A DNA stretch of 64,000 nt from an uncultured Candidatus Saccharibacteria bacterium. GTDB taxonomy: Bacteria; Patescibacteriota; Saccharimonadia; CAZBQI01. Below the pieces are notes generated by a model. That model was given only the letters and a program-made list of their open reading frames with translations. It was not told the DNA's origin and did no database searches. This document shows, in pieces, positions 20,172 to 29,384 of this stretch. The DNA lies in contig CAZBQI010000003.1 in NCBI GenBank assembly GCA_964494105.1, positions 21,737-85,736 on the forward strand, written 5' to 3'. Numbering within the stretch: the stretch's first letter is position 1; the number at the start of each line of letters is the position of its first letter. Made by a program: the position numbers and the translations under genes.

Positions 20172-20690
20172 TTCGTATAGCGCTATACCAGTTGCGACAC
20201 TTACATTTAGCGACTCTTTTTTTCCGAATTGTGCAATTTCGAGTACGGAGTCGCACATCTTTAAAGATTCGTCCGAAATTCCGTTGACTTCATTGCCAAG
20301 AATAAGTGCGCAGGGGAGTTTAGGGGAAAAGCCTTCTATTGGTACAGAGTCTTTGGTCTGCTCGAGCGCATAGATTGTGTAGTGGGTTGCCATTAATTGC
20401 AGAATAGCATTTTTGGTAGTATCCACATGCAAAGATTTAACGTTTTTTTCGGCTCCAAGCGATGTTTTGGTAATCTGGGTCAATACTTTTTGCTGTATGT
20501 GCGGTAAACGCTCATCATTTGCTTCTGGTAAGTATGGGGTTATTCCGCAGCAGTAAATTGTGCCGATGCCAAAAATATCGCAAGTGCGAAGTATTGAACC
20601 AACATTATGAATACTGCGAATGTTATCTAAAACAACCACTATTTCATTTGCTGGTTTTACTTTTTGGAAATTAGTGATTGGTGAGTTCAT
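20160..20690 (-). CDS. SpoU/TrmH-family RNA 2'-O-methyltransferase
   Basis: 176 aa. VVVLDNIRSIHNVGSILRTCD and LILGNEVNGIS...SLNVSVATGIALYEL are SPOUT class motifs. Confidence 0.8.
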   Translation of the reverse strand: MNSPITNFQKVKPANEIVVVLDNIRSIHNVGSILRTCDIFGIGTIYCCGITPYLPEANDERLPHIQQKVLTQITKTSLGAEKNVKSLHVDTTKNAILQLMATHYTIYALEQTKDSVPIEGFSPKLPCALILGNEVNGISDESLKMCDSVLEIAQFGKKESLNVSVATGIALYELSH

Positions 20691-20762
20691 AAGTATATGG
20701 TAGCACTATATCTCAGTTGCTTGTTTACAGTGGTGGCTAAGATGTGGTACAGTATTGTGTCT

Positions 20763-21311
20763 ATGGATGTGACAATTAAAAAATTTGAACAGAAATACCT
20801 CAAACCAAGTATTGGCGAGATTCGCTCAGGTGATAATGTTCGCGTACATCAAACTATTCGCGAAGGTGGCAAGACCCGAGTTCAGGTATTTGAGGGCATG
20901 GTTATTCGGACTCGCAAAATGGGATCTTTGCAGGCCAGCATAACTGTAAGGCGAATTGCCAGTGGTATTGGAGTGGAAAAACTATTCGTATTGCATTCGC
21001 CAAATGTTGTTAAGGTAGACGTTGTACGTCGAAATAAAGTACGACGAAACTTACTTAGTTACATGCGACAACGCAGCGGTAAGTCAACCAGATTGACAGA
21101 GCAGAAGTTCGATGTTGAAAAATCCGGAGTTACTGAACAAAAGAAAAAGGCTCCTAAAGAAGACAATACTAAAGACCAGATGAAAGATGATAGCGAAACA
21201 GATAATCAGGCAAAAGAACAAAAAGACCAAGCCGATGATGCTAAAGCAAAAGAGAAGAAAGAAAAAGCCGAAGCTTTCCGCAAGGCCCAGGCCGAAAAAA
21301 CAAACAAATAG
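20763..21311 (+). CDS. rplS: 50S ribosomal protein L19 with Lys/Glu-rich C-terminal extension
   Basis: The core GDNVRVHQTIREGGKTRVQVFEGMVIRTRK...ITVRRIASGIGVEKLFVLHSP matches L19. Start is moved to the ATG at 20763 (MDVTIKKFE). About 70 extra residues of KE-rich tail follow. Confidence 0.85.
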   Translation: MDVTIKKFEQKYLKPSIGEIRSGDNVRVHQTIREGGKTRVQVFEGMVIRTRKMGSLQASITVRRIASGIGVEKLFVLHSPNVVKVDVVRRNKVRRNLLSYMRQRSGKSTRLTEQKFDVEKSGVTEQKKKAPKEDNTKDQMKDDSETDNQAKEQKDQADDAKAKEKKEKAEAFRKAQAEKTNK

Positions 21312-21345
21312 CATCTAAAGTTCTGCTCGGTGCTAAAATATTTAT

Positions 21346-21909
21346 GTGAATAGAATAGTGATCGGAGTAGATGAGGTCGGCCGTGGACCATGGGCCGGCC
21401 CACTGGTTTCTTGTGCGGTTGCTTTTCGGTCGGAACACTTTATATGGGGCCTCACCGATTCGAAAAAGCTAAGAAAAAGGGCGCGCGAGAGGCTATCGAT
21501 GATTATTAAAGAACAGGCCTTGGCTATTGGCATTGGTTGGGTAGAGTCAGCTACTATCGATGAATTTGGACTGACCAAGGCTACCAGCATCAGTATGCAT
21601 AGGGCGATATCACAAATAAAGCTGGTAGCAAGCGAGACGGTTATCGATGGCAACATTGATTATTTGAATACGCCGAGCTCGCACTGTGTAGTGAAAGCGG
21701 ACTCTCTTTACCCAAGCGTAGCAGCAGCTTCAGTAATCGCGAAAGTTGCTCGAGATGCCTACATGTCCCATATAGCAATACTCTACCCTGCCTATGGTTT
21801 TGCGCAACATGCTGGTTATGGCACGAAAATGCACCAGGAGGCTCTTTCGGAGCATGGTATTTCTCCGCTTCACCGCCGTAGTTTCGCCCCGGTTAGGGCG
21901 CTATTGTGA
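21346..21909 (+). CDS. rnhB: ribonuclease HII
   Basis: 187 aa. GVDEVGRGPWAGPLV N-terminal catalytic motif and DSKKL. GTG start. Confidence 0.9.
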   Translation: MNRIVIGVDEVGRGPWAGPLVSCAVAFRSEHFIWGLTDSKKLRKRARERLSMIIKEQALAIGIGWVESATIDEFGLTKATSISMHRAISQIKLVASETVIDGNIDYLNTPSSHCVVKADSLYPSVAAASVIAKVARDAYMSHIAILYPAYGFAQHAGYGTKMHQEALSEHGISPLHRRSFAPVRALL

Positions 21910-22256
21910 TGTCGAACCTCAAAGGCCACGAGGCTGAACTACTGGCAGGATTGTACTTGGAAAATATAGGATTCAAAATACTTGATCGAAATTGGCGAAA
22001 CCGCTTCTGCGAAATCGATATAGTGGCGACTCGGAATGATGCGGTGCACTTTGTCGAGGTAAAGTACCGTGCCAGCTCAGTCGCTGGGGTAGCCCTGGAA
22101 TACATAACGCCAACAAAGCTAGCACAGATGAAGCGTGGAGCTCAGTATTGGCTTATAGAGCATGAATGGGATGGTGACTGGATGCTCGATGCAATTGCGA
22201 TTACCGGAGAAATTAGCTTCACTAATTTGGAATTTATTCAGAATGTTTCCAACTAA
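21906..22256 (+). CDS. yraN: YraN-family (UPF0102) endonuclease
   Basis: 116 aa. AELLAGLYLENIGFKILDRNWR...EIDIVA...FVEVKYR is the YraN signature. Overlaps the rnhB stop. Confidence 0.8.
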   Translation: MMSNLKGHEAELLAGLYLENIGFKILDRNWRNRFCEIDIVATRNDAVHFVEVKYRASSVAGVALEYITPTKLAQMKRGAQYWLIEHEWDGDWMLDAIAITGEISFTNLEFIQNVSN

Positions 22257-24801
22257 AGTTTTCTAGGTACTCAATAAGTTTCGCATGCTCTCGCTGTTTA
22301 AATGCGGAGCGGTACTTGATGATATCAAGGCCGTTCCTAAGTCCCTGTGAATAAAGGGAGGTATCTTTGGTGGCAAAAAAATTACGTGCACGTCGTGCCA
22401 GGCGGTTATCACTATAACTTCCTAATATTGATTCAACCAAACCACTCTTCACAATTGTCCCGGCGTAGTTATCGTGAAACCATTGCCAGTTCTTTTCTAT
22501 ATATTCCCACATATAACTTTGAGTATGACGATTCCGACAAAGGTATATTACCCAAACATAAGCATCCTGCACGCGCACCTCTTTGCGCATGAATTCGAGC
22601 GCCTTTTTCCCAAGGCTTGGCTGATGAAAATTAGTCATAGCGCGAGCAATTCGGCGTTGCTCCTCACTATTATCAGTACCGCGATGCCACTTAATTAATT
22701 GGGCAAACTCTTTTCGACCACCATGTCTGGCTACAGTGCTTAGGGTGATGTCACGAATATCAGGGTTAATGTTCTTATTATTTAGGAGTTGTTTGTAGAT
22801 ATTTTGGATATTGGCCACTGCATCGCCATACTCGAATCTAGCGGCCAGATTAAGGACAGTTAATTGCAGTTTTATTTCGTTATGCGAAGCATTTTTGCCA
22901 ATCTTCCATACCAGTCTTGGGTAATGGTAAGAAATTAAGTGATGAATATAGGGCTGCAAAAGTTTATCAAATTTGTCACTACCGAAAGTTAAGTTAAGAG
23001 TACCGATACCAGAGCCAATTTGTTCCCACACCTCAGCAACATTTGATTTTCTTGCACTAATAAAGAGCTTCAAAAGCTCGGGCAAATGCGAGTAACCCGC
23101 AATTGCGAGATCAAGCTGGTCGCCTAAGAGCCCGATAGCTTCCAGTTCGTCTAGGCTGTTTTGTGAAATTTTCGCATCTAGCTTCAGTAGGTCTTCTCGA
23201 GGATAGGCGACTCGGTAAAAACCACTTTGACCAACGTTTAGATTCATAAAAGATTCAGGTTTGATTTTCAATTCGATTGTTTTCGATATAGTTTTTAGTT
23301 CTAGTTTATATGTTTTGGCATCGACTTGAATGTGCAGGGGGACTGGCCAAATAACATGTGGTAATTTTGATTTGTTATTATACCTAAAAATTGATTGATT
23401 AAACTCAATTTTACCTTGTTTTTGGCTATAGCTGATAATCGGATGACCCGGCTGATGTACCCATTTATGCATGAACTCTTTTACCGGTTTTTTTGCTACT
23501 TTTTCCAATTCCGACCATAAATCATTGCGAGTTGCATTTTTGTATGAGAAGCGAGTGAGGTATTGTTTTAGGCCGCGCCGGAAAGTCTCCTCACCCAAGT
23601 ATGATTCGAGCATTCGAATGGCACTAGAACCCTTGCGATAGGTAATTGCGTCAAACTTCTGAGCTATCTCACCCGGGTGATTAATCGTGGCATAGATTGC
23701 GTGGGTAGTTGAGTAGCTGTCGCTACGCAAAGCCCCAAACATATCTGAACTAACGTATTCCCGCCACATATGCCAATTTGGCCTGATATGATTGCTGCAT
23801 TTATACTCAATCCAGCTAGCAAAGCCCTCATTTAACCACAGATCATCCCACCACTGCATGGTTACTAAATTTCCGAACCACATATGAGCGAGCTCATGTG
23901 TAACTACAATCGTGTTGTAGATAAGCATGTCTTGAGACGTGGTTTTCGGATCTACCAAAAGCGAATCAGCTCGATATACAACACAGCCCCAGTTTTCCAT
24001 CGCTCCCACGCCCGGTTCCATATCGGGTATGGCAATCTGGTTTAAGTTTTCCAGGGGGTAGTTTATTCCAAAGTAATTCTCGTAGTATTCCAGAGCTTTC
24101 TTTGCCAGATACAGCGATTCGTCAACAAACTTAATTTGACTTGGAATTGCGTAGGTGCGAATAATAACGCCTCGTCTGGTTTTCGTCTGCTTGTACTTCC
24201 AGTCTCCCGCTGATATTGCCAGTAGGTAGCTAGACATTTTTGGTGTAGGTTTAAATACTGTGACTTTTTTAGAATCGTTTATTTCTTCAGATTCAGACAG
24301 AGTGTTGCTAATTACCACATCATCTTTAGGTGTCGTAATTGTTAGCTGAAAAACCGCTTTCGCAGCAGGCTCATCAATACAAGGCAAGAGCTGACGAGCA
24401 TAGGTGCTTTCAAGCTGACTGGTTAACAGGTATTTTTCTTTGCCCTTTTCAGTATAAGTGCTGCGGTATATTCCATGGGGGTGTTTATTAATCTTACCGC
24501 TGTATGATATTTTAAATTCGCACTTGCCAATACTAAGTTTTTTGGAAAAAACTATTTTCACTTCCTCTTTTTCTGTATCAAAGACAACTGACTTGCATGA
24601 GTTTGTAACTTTATTCTGAGTAACCTCGACTGAATTAAGCTGTAAATTCTTACTGTGCAAAGTAACCTGCTTTGTGATTTTTGGTAAGTGGCCACGTATT
24701 ACTAGCTCTGAAGTAAAAGACAGTTTATTAATATTCGGGGCCAAATTCAGGCTGTAGCGGACCGGTTGAAATTCGGGTAAAAGCTGACGGACTTTTGTCA
24801 T
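22234..24801 (-). CDS. pepN: aminopeptidase N (M1 family)
   Basis: HELAHMWFGNLVTMQWWDDLWLNEGFASW zinc-binding HExxH...E motif, and GAMEN (GVGAMENWG). Start is moved to the internal Met MTKVRQ at 24801; the upstream extension overlaps nusA. Confidence 0.9.
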   Translation of the reverse strand: MTKVRQLLPEFQPVRYSLNLAPNINKLSFTSELVIRGHLPKITKQVTLHSKNLQLNSVEVTQNKVTNSCKSVVFDTEKEEVKIVFSKKLSIGKCEFKISYSGKINKHPHGIYRSTYTEKGKEKYLLTSQLESTYARQLLPCIDEPAAKAVFQLTITTPKDDVVISNTLSESEEINDSKKVTVFKPTPKMSSYLLAISAGDWKYKQTKTRRGVIIRTYAIPSQIKFVDESLYLAKKALEYYENYFGINYPLENLNQIAIPDMEPGVGAMENWGCVVYRADSLLVDPKTTSQDMLIYNTIVVTHELAHMWFGNLVTMQWWDDLWLNEGFASWIEYKCSNHIRPNWHMWREYVSSDMFGALRSDSYSTTHAIYATINHPGEIAQKFDAITYRKGSSAIRMLESYLGEETFRRGLKQYLTRFSYKNATRNDLWSELEKVAKKPVKEFMHKWVHQPGHPIISYSQKQGKIEFNQSIFRYNNKSKLPHVIWPVPLHIQVDAKTYKLELKTISKTIELKIKPESFMNLNVGQSGFYRVAYPREDLLKLDAKISQNSLDELEAIGLLGDQLDLAIAGYSHLPELLKLFISARKSNVAEVWEQIGSGIGTLNLTFGSDKFDKLLQPYIHHLISYHYPRLVWKIGKNASHNEIKLQLTVLNLAARFEYGDAVANIQNIYKQLLNNKNINPDIRDITLSTVARHGGRKEFAQLIKWHRGTDNSEEQRRIARAMTNFHQPSLGKKALEFMRKEVRVQDAYVWVIYLCRNRHTQSYMWEYIEKNWQWFHDNYAGTIVKSGLVESILGSYSDNRLARRARNFFATKDTSLYSQGLRNGLDIIKYRSAFKQREHAKLIEYLENFSWKHSE

Positions 24802-24922
24802 GAAGACTATTGTAACATATGGGGTAGAATTGACATTTTGGCTATGGTTTGCTATCGTTATAGTCAACAAAGGTCGGCCAAGCAGGTCGGCTTTTTTAAT
24901 AGCTAGGAGTAAAGAAAAAGAT

Positions 24923-26209
24923 ATGGATGATCAGATTGACCCAAAATTATTTATCGCTACAATGCGGCAAATTGCCGAAGAAAAGAATTTGCCGTTCGAA
25001 GTTGTGCAAGATGCACTCGAGCAAGCTTTAGCTGCTGCTTATCGTAAAGACCACGGTACGCGTGACCAGCTGATACGAGTGGAATTAAATACGAAAAGTG
25101 GAGATTACAAAGTATTTGTTGTGCACAACGTAGTTGATGAGGTAGAGAACGAAGAAACCGACCTGTTACTAGATGAGGCCAAGATAATAGACAAAGACGC
25201 CAAGATTGGCGGGACTGTAGAACAAGAAGAAGAAGTTAAGCCATTTGGTCGCGTAGCAGCCCAAACTGCTAAACAAGTTATTTTACAAAAGCTACGTGAA
25301 GCTGAGCGGGATGTTGTACAAGAAGAGTTTAGCGGTAGAATTGGGAGTTTATTGAATGGCACAGTACAACGCATTGAGCCAAAAGTTGTGTATGTGGATC
25401 TTGGCAAAGCCCAAGGGATTTTACCGGGTAGCGAGCAAATTCAGGGTGAGCACTATAGCAACGGGCAACGCCTGAAAGTATTCTTGAGAGACGTAGAAAG
25501 CTCAGCTCGCGGACCGCAACTTGTGCTTTCGCGGGCAAATCCGGAGTTCGTTTCACTACTATTTGAGCGCGAAGTACCAGAAATGGAAAACAATGCTGTA
25601 GAGATTAAGGCGATTGCGCGTGAAGCAGGCGTTCGCACCAAAATTGCTGTGGCTTCAACCGTTCCTGGAGTTGACCCTGTTGGTACGTTCGTTGGTGGTC
25701 ATGGTACGCGGGTGCAGGCGGTAATGAATGAAATCGGCGAAGAAAAAATCGATATTGTAATGTATAGCGACGATATTATTACACTCATAACAAATGCGCT
25801 GTCTCCGACTAAAATTACTAAAGTTACACTTGACGAGAAAGAACACAAAGCCTCAGTAGAAGTGCCTGAGGACCAATTGTCGATCGCAATTGGTAAGAAT
25901 GGTCAAAATGTACGCCTGGCATCAAAACTTACCGGTTGGCAGATAGACATTGTTGGCGCCAGTGGCGACAGACGAGAAGCACAAGATGTACCAGAAGCAC
26001 CTACAAAAGCCGTGGCACCTAAGCGACCGGCTAGCAAGTCTGACCTAGAAGCAGCTTTAATTGGAGCTGTTGATGAGCACGGTGAAGAGCCAGCTGTTGA
26101 CGAAGCTCCAAAAACATCAGATGAGCAGTCAGAAAAACCTGTAGCTAGCGGTGACACGGAAGCTGCTAAAGATAGTTCCGAAGGCGTGACAGAAGCGAAG
26201 AAATCATAG
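24923..26209 (+). CDS. nusA: transcription termination/antitermination factor NusA
   Basis: N-terminal domain, S1 and tandem KH domains (GVDPVGTFVGGHGTRVQAVMNEIGEEKIDIV, SIAIGKNGQNVRLASKLTGWQIDI), plus an acidic C-terminal tail. Start is moved to the ATG at 24923 with AGGAGT RBS. Confidence 0.9.
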   Translation: MDDQIDPKLFIATMRQIAEEKNLPFEVVQDALEQALAAAYRKDHGTRDQLIRVELNTKSGDYKVFVVHNVVDEVENEETDLLLDEAKIIDKDAKIGGTVEQEEEVKPFGRVAAQTAKQVILQKLREAERDVVQEEFSGRIGSLLNGTVQRIEPKVVYVDLGKAQGILPGSEQIQGEHYSNGQRLKVFLRDVESSARGPQLVLSRANPEFVSLLFEREVPEMENNAVEIKAIAREAGVRTKIAVASTVPGVDPVGTFVGGHGTRVQAVMNEIGEEKIDIVMYSDDIITLITNALSPTKITKVTLDEKEHKASVEVPEDQLSIAIGKNGQNVRLASKLTGWQIDIVGASGDRREAQDVPEAPTKAVAPKRPASKSDLEAALIGAVDEHGEEPAVDEAPKTSDEQSEKPVASGDTEAAKDSSEGVTEAKKS

Positions 26210-26255
26210 GATTCATTAGCCGGTAAGCACGACTATAGTTATTAAGGAAAAATAC

Positions 26256-26290
26256 TTGACACCAGTATACTAGCATGCTAGTATACTAAA
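26256..26290 (+). promoter_or_regulatory. promoter plus perfect 24-bp palindromic operator (AGTATACTAGCATGCTAGTATACT) for the TrpR-like regulator
   Basis: TTGACA at 26256-26261. The palindrome at 26264-26287 is a perfect reverse complement of itself, contains CTAG half-sites, and covers the spacer and -10 (TAGTAT 26279-26284). The ATG follows at 26293. Confidence 0.55.
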
Positions 26291-26292
26291 TT

Positions 26293-26595
26293 ATGTTATC
26301 AAAACATGATCAAGAACTAGTTACATTATTTACAAAGACAACAGATTACAATCTGATGGAGAACTTATTGTCTGGTATTTTAACGCCCGGCGAACGCACA
26401 GAAATAGCGCAGCGGCTGCAGATTATAAAGTTGCTACTTGATGGCGTGCCACAAGCAAAAATCGCTAAAGACCTCGGAGTTGGAATTGCGACCGTAACAC
26501 GGGGTTCACGTGCAGTAAAAAGCGGCTATTTTAAGGTGTTACAACAAAAAAGTGATCAAAAAATAACGGAGCACTCGCTTCGTTGGCGCTCATAG
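26293..26595 (+). CDS. TrpR-like (YerC/YecD family) DNA-binding protein
   Basis: 100 aa. TPGERTEIAQRLQIIKLLLDGVPQAKIAKDLGVGIATVTRGSR matches the Trp-repressor-like HTH of YerC/YecD proteins. Confidence 0.7.
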   Translation: MLSKHDQELVTLFTKTTDYNLMENLLSGILTPGERTEIAQRLQIIKLLLDGVPQAKIAKDLGVGIATVTRGSRAVKSGYFKVLQQKSDQKITEHSLRWRS

Positions 26596-26654
26596 CTAAA
26601 ACATTTATTTAATAACAATAATTTTACCAAGGGTGGGGTAGAGGAGTTTTAGAT

Positions 26655-29384
26655 ATGAGTGGAATAGAAAGTGCGCACGCAGAGTCCGCAACATCAGCTG
26701 GCATTAATAGAGCTTATGCCTCGGAGTTTGTTTTAACCCTGAGTGATGCCAAATGCCAAGATACAGAATTGGCGGGTGGAAAAGCGGCAAACTTATCGAT
26801 ATTAGTGCGAAACGGAGTGGATGTGCCCGAAGGTTTCGTGCTTACGACCGAAGCATACGATGTGATCACAAGGGATCCTTATTATTATGATCTGGGAATA
26901 GCGTACGATATGTTGTCAGGCACTAGCTATGTCTCAAACGGCAATACAGAAGGCAAAGAGCCAAGTGGACAGATGCTTGATATATTGGAAGAAGCATCCA
27001 GAGCTGCGAATTACTTTGAGGATGCAATAGCATTGCGAAGCTCAGCAACAGTTGAGGACGGATCAAGAACAAGTCTTGCAGGTGTATTTGATACGCATTA
27101 TGTCAATAGAGAATCTGCTAGTACACCTGGCTTGGTAATGAATACTATTCTAGGGATATATAAACAAGCTCAATCAGAAACAACTCGGCGGGCATTGATT
27201 GAGCACGGAATTAATCCTGATGATTTAAAAATGGCAATAATTATTCAACGCTTGGTAAAGGCTGAATACTCTGGTGTTATGTATACAAGAGCGAGTGGAG
27301 ATGGTCGCTTGGTTCAGTACACTCAAGGAATGGGGGATCGTTTGGTAGACGGGGTTACTACAGGTACTTCGATCATCATAGAACCCGAAACTGGTGTAAT
27401 CACTCGTTCATTTGATTTTGAATCACGTGCCATGCCACGTGAAAACGTGAAGGAGTTAGAAAGGGTTGCCTCAGAAGTCGAGTCAGTTTTTGGCGGCACA
27501 CCTCAGGATGTTGAATTCGCTATCGATGAGCGACGCAGTGTAAAAGTTGTTCAGTCCAGACCAATGACACGAGAAGTAGAAGGTATCTCTCAGGAAATTA
27601 CGACACTCGAAGCGGTTGATATGATCAAGGCTCGAGCTGAGGCAGTTATGCAACATGAGATGTCTAGGCTGAAGACTCAAAATTCTATTCTATTTCAAGC
27701 TAACTTTTCCGAATTACTGCCAAACCCGTCACCAATGGACGTTGGGGTGTTCCAGTACATTTTCCCTGGCAGGGACGAGGTAGATGGAGCAATTCAGATT
27801 GGGCGTCGTGACATGGGGTACCCATTAAAAGATGGTTCCACTGGTTACTTGCATTATATTGGTGGCAGAGCTTACGAGAGTTTAGCTGGCGACGCACTAA
27901 CCTATTTTGGAGGATTTCCTGAGAGTGAAGCGGAGTATGTAGAAACGCTCGTAGCTGAGTATTTGAGAAAAGTACAAGAAGACCCAGATCTTGCTTCCTA
28001 CCCGGAGATGGGATTATACCTGCAGGATCCTACTCTAGAAGATTTGCAAACAAGATACGGTGATCGCGCACCAAAACTCTTTGATGTCTATCATCAACTC
28101 AGACAAAAGCTCAAGTACTCGGCAGAAGTGTTTAAGGATAATTTTGGGCAGACTGGAAATATTGAAAACGAACAGTTTATCGAATCGTTGTCAGATCAGG
28201 AACTTGACGAGCTTGACGATGATGCACTGCTATATTCCACAGTCCTGATATTGGAGCATTTGAGACAAAAATCATGTGTAGACTTTGTTCATGCAGCTAG
28301 ACTTGGCTTCTACTATACCCAAAGACTTCAATCATTTCTCGCCGATACACTTGGTTTAGCACCTGATGAAATGCAAGAGACACTAGCAACTTTAGGCCAA
28401 GGCCTCGAAGGCAGTAGTGTAACAGAAACTAACATAGCAATTAGTGAAGCAGATGATCTGGATACTGCTCTAGCGATAGCAAGACAAAGGATATCTCATT
28501 ATCCCGCGATTGGAGAAATGTTAGAAATTAGGCATCCTAGACTTAGTGAGGACCCCGATGCATTGCGGGCATATGTTGAGGAGATACGAATTAATAGAGA
28601 CTTTAGGTTTAAACATGAGGCGCAGACGAAAGAGCGCAGAGTAGCGGAGCAATCATTAACTGAGATGCTACCTCTAGAACTACAAGCTGAATTTAGAGAA
28701 GTAGCAAAAAACGCGCAAACTTACATGGCTTTGCGAGAAACCATAAAGGACCAATTTGGTCGTGAGTACGGTCTACTAAGGGAGAGATTAGTTGAAATCG
28801 AATCACGCTTGGGTATTGTGCCAGAGGGGATTTTTTATCTTTATCCGCGAGAACTACCCGAAGTTATGCTCGATCCCAGTTCGTACTATCATATAATCGA
28901 AGCGCGCAAAGCCGAATTTACAGCTTTTCAGAAGGTGAGTATGCCTACGGTGATCACTCCGAGTAGCATTAGTTCTATAGAAGTTGGCGTAAGTAATAAT
29001 AGAAAGTTAGTCGAAGAAAAAGGCAGGTTTCTTTCGCACGGCACTGCTGTTCAGGGGGTAGTTATTAAGTTAGATGACTATGGTGAACTCGAGGATGACC
29101 CACAACACACAAGGGCTGCTTTACATCAGAGGATTCAAGAACTGAAAGGCAAAGGAGTAAAAGTAATTCTAGCTGCGCGTCAGGTTAATCTTACCGATGA
29201 CCCACTTATCAATCTCGCAGATGGTTTAATATTGCAGAAAGCGGGCATTGTATCTCATGGGGCTCAAAGGGCTCGTGAACTTGGGATAGGCGCACTATCT
29301 GGTATAGATATATCTATAATAGATTCTGGTATGAAGATAATATTTGATCCGCATAACAGAATGGTAAGGAGGATTGATGAGTAG
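26655..29384 (+). CDS. PEP-utilising-enzyme-family phosphotransferase with rifampin-phosphotransferase-like architecture (N-terminal ATP-grasp/PPDK_N domain, C-terminal mobile His domain)
   Basis: 909 aa. N-terminus has GGKAANL and RSSATVEDG. The extreme C-terminus has GIVSHGAQRARELGIGALSGI (swivelling phospho-His motif). No C-terminal PEP-binding TIM barrel, so not a bona fide PpsA. Confidence 0.65.
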   Translation: MSGIESAHAESATSAGINRAYASEFVLTLSDAKCQDTELAGGKAANLSILVRNGVDVPEGFVLTTEAYDVITRDPYYYDLGIAYDMLSGTSYVSNGNTEGKEPSGQMLDILEEASRAANYFEDAIALRSSATVEDGSRTSLAGVFDTHYVNRESASTPGLVMNTILGIYKQAQSETTRRALIEHGINPDDLKMAIIIQRLVKAEYSGVMYTRASGDGRLVQYTQGMGDRLVDGVTTGTSIIIEPETGVITRSFDFESRAMPRENVKELERVASEVESVFGGTPQDVEFAIDERRSVKVVQSRPMTREVEGISQEITTLEAVDMIKARAEAVMQHEMSRLKTQNSILFQANFSELLPNPSPMDVGVFQYIFPGRDEVDGAIQIGRRDMGYPLKDGSTGYLHYIGGRAYESLAGDALTYFGGFPESEAEYVETLVAEYLRKVQEDPDLASYPEMGLYLQDPTLEDLQTRYGDRAPKLFDVYHQLRQKLKYSAEVFKDNFGQTGNIENEQFIESLSDQELDELDDDALLYSTVLILEHLRQKSCVDFVHAARLGFYYTQRLQSFLADTLGLAPDEMQETLATLGQGLEGSSVTETNIAISEADDLDTALAIARQRISHYPAIGEMLEIRHPRLSEDPDALRAYVEEIRINRDFRFKHEAQTKERRVAEQSLTEMLPLELQAEFREVAKNAQTYMALRETIKDQFGREYGLLRERLVEIESRLGIVPEGIFYLYPRELPEVMLDPSSYYHIIEARKAEFTAFQKVSMPTVITPSSISSIEVGVSNNRKLVEEKGRFLSHGTAVQGVVIKLDDYGELEDDPQHTRAALHQRIQELKGKGVKVILAARQVNLTDDPLINLADGLILQKAGIVSHGAQRARELGIGALSGIDISIIDSGMKIIFDPHNRMVRRIDE

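Noticed and set aside
20697-20762. Upstream extensions of ORFs, including rplS from 20697, nusA from 24800, pepN to 24870, the EEP gene from 14810, the IMPase gene from 44184 and the small membrane protein from 43825
   Set aside because: The extensions overlap neighbouring genes or lack an RBS. Internal ATGs give N-termini matching the conserved family starts (L19 MDVTIKKFE, NusA MDDQI..., PepN MTKVRQ) and sit right after upstream stops.
21100-21311. Low-complexity AAG/GAA-rich DNA (also 14380-14575) that looks like a simple repeat
   Set aside because: It is in-frame Lys/Glu-rich coding sequence of L19 and the YtxH-like protein, not a noncoding tandem repeat. No CRISPR-like spacing of identical repeats is found anywhere in the window.
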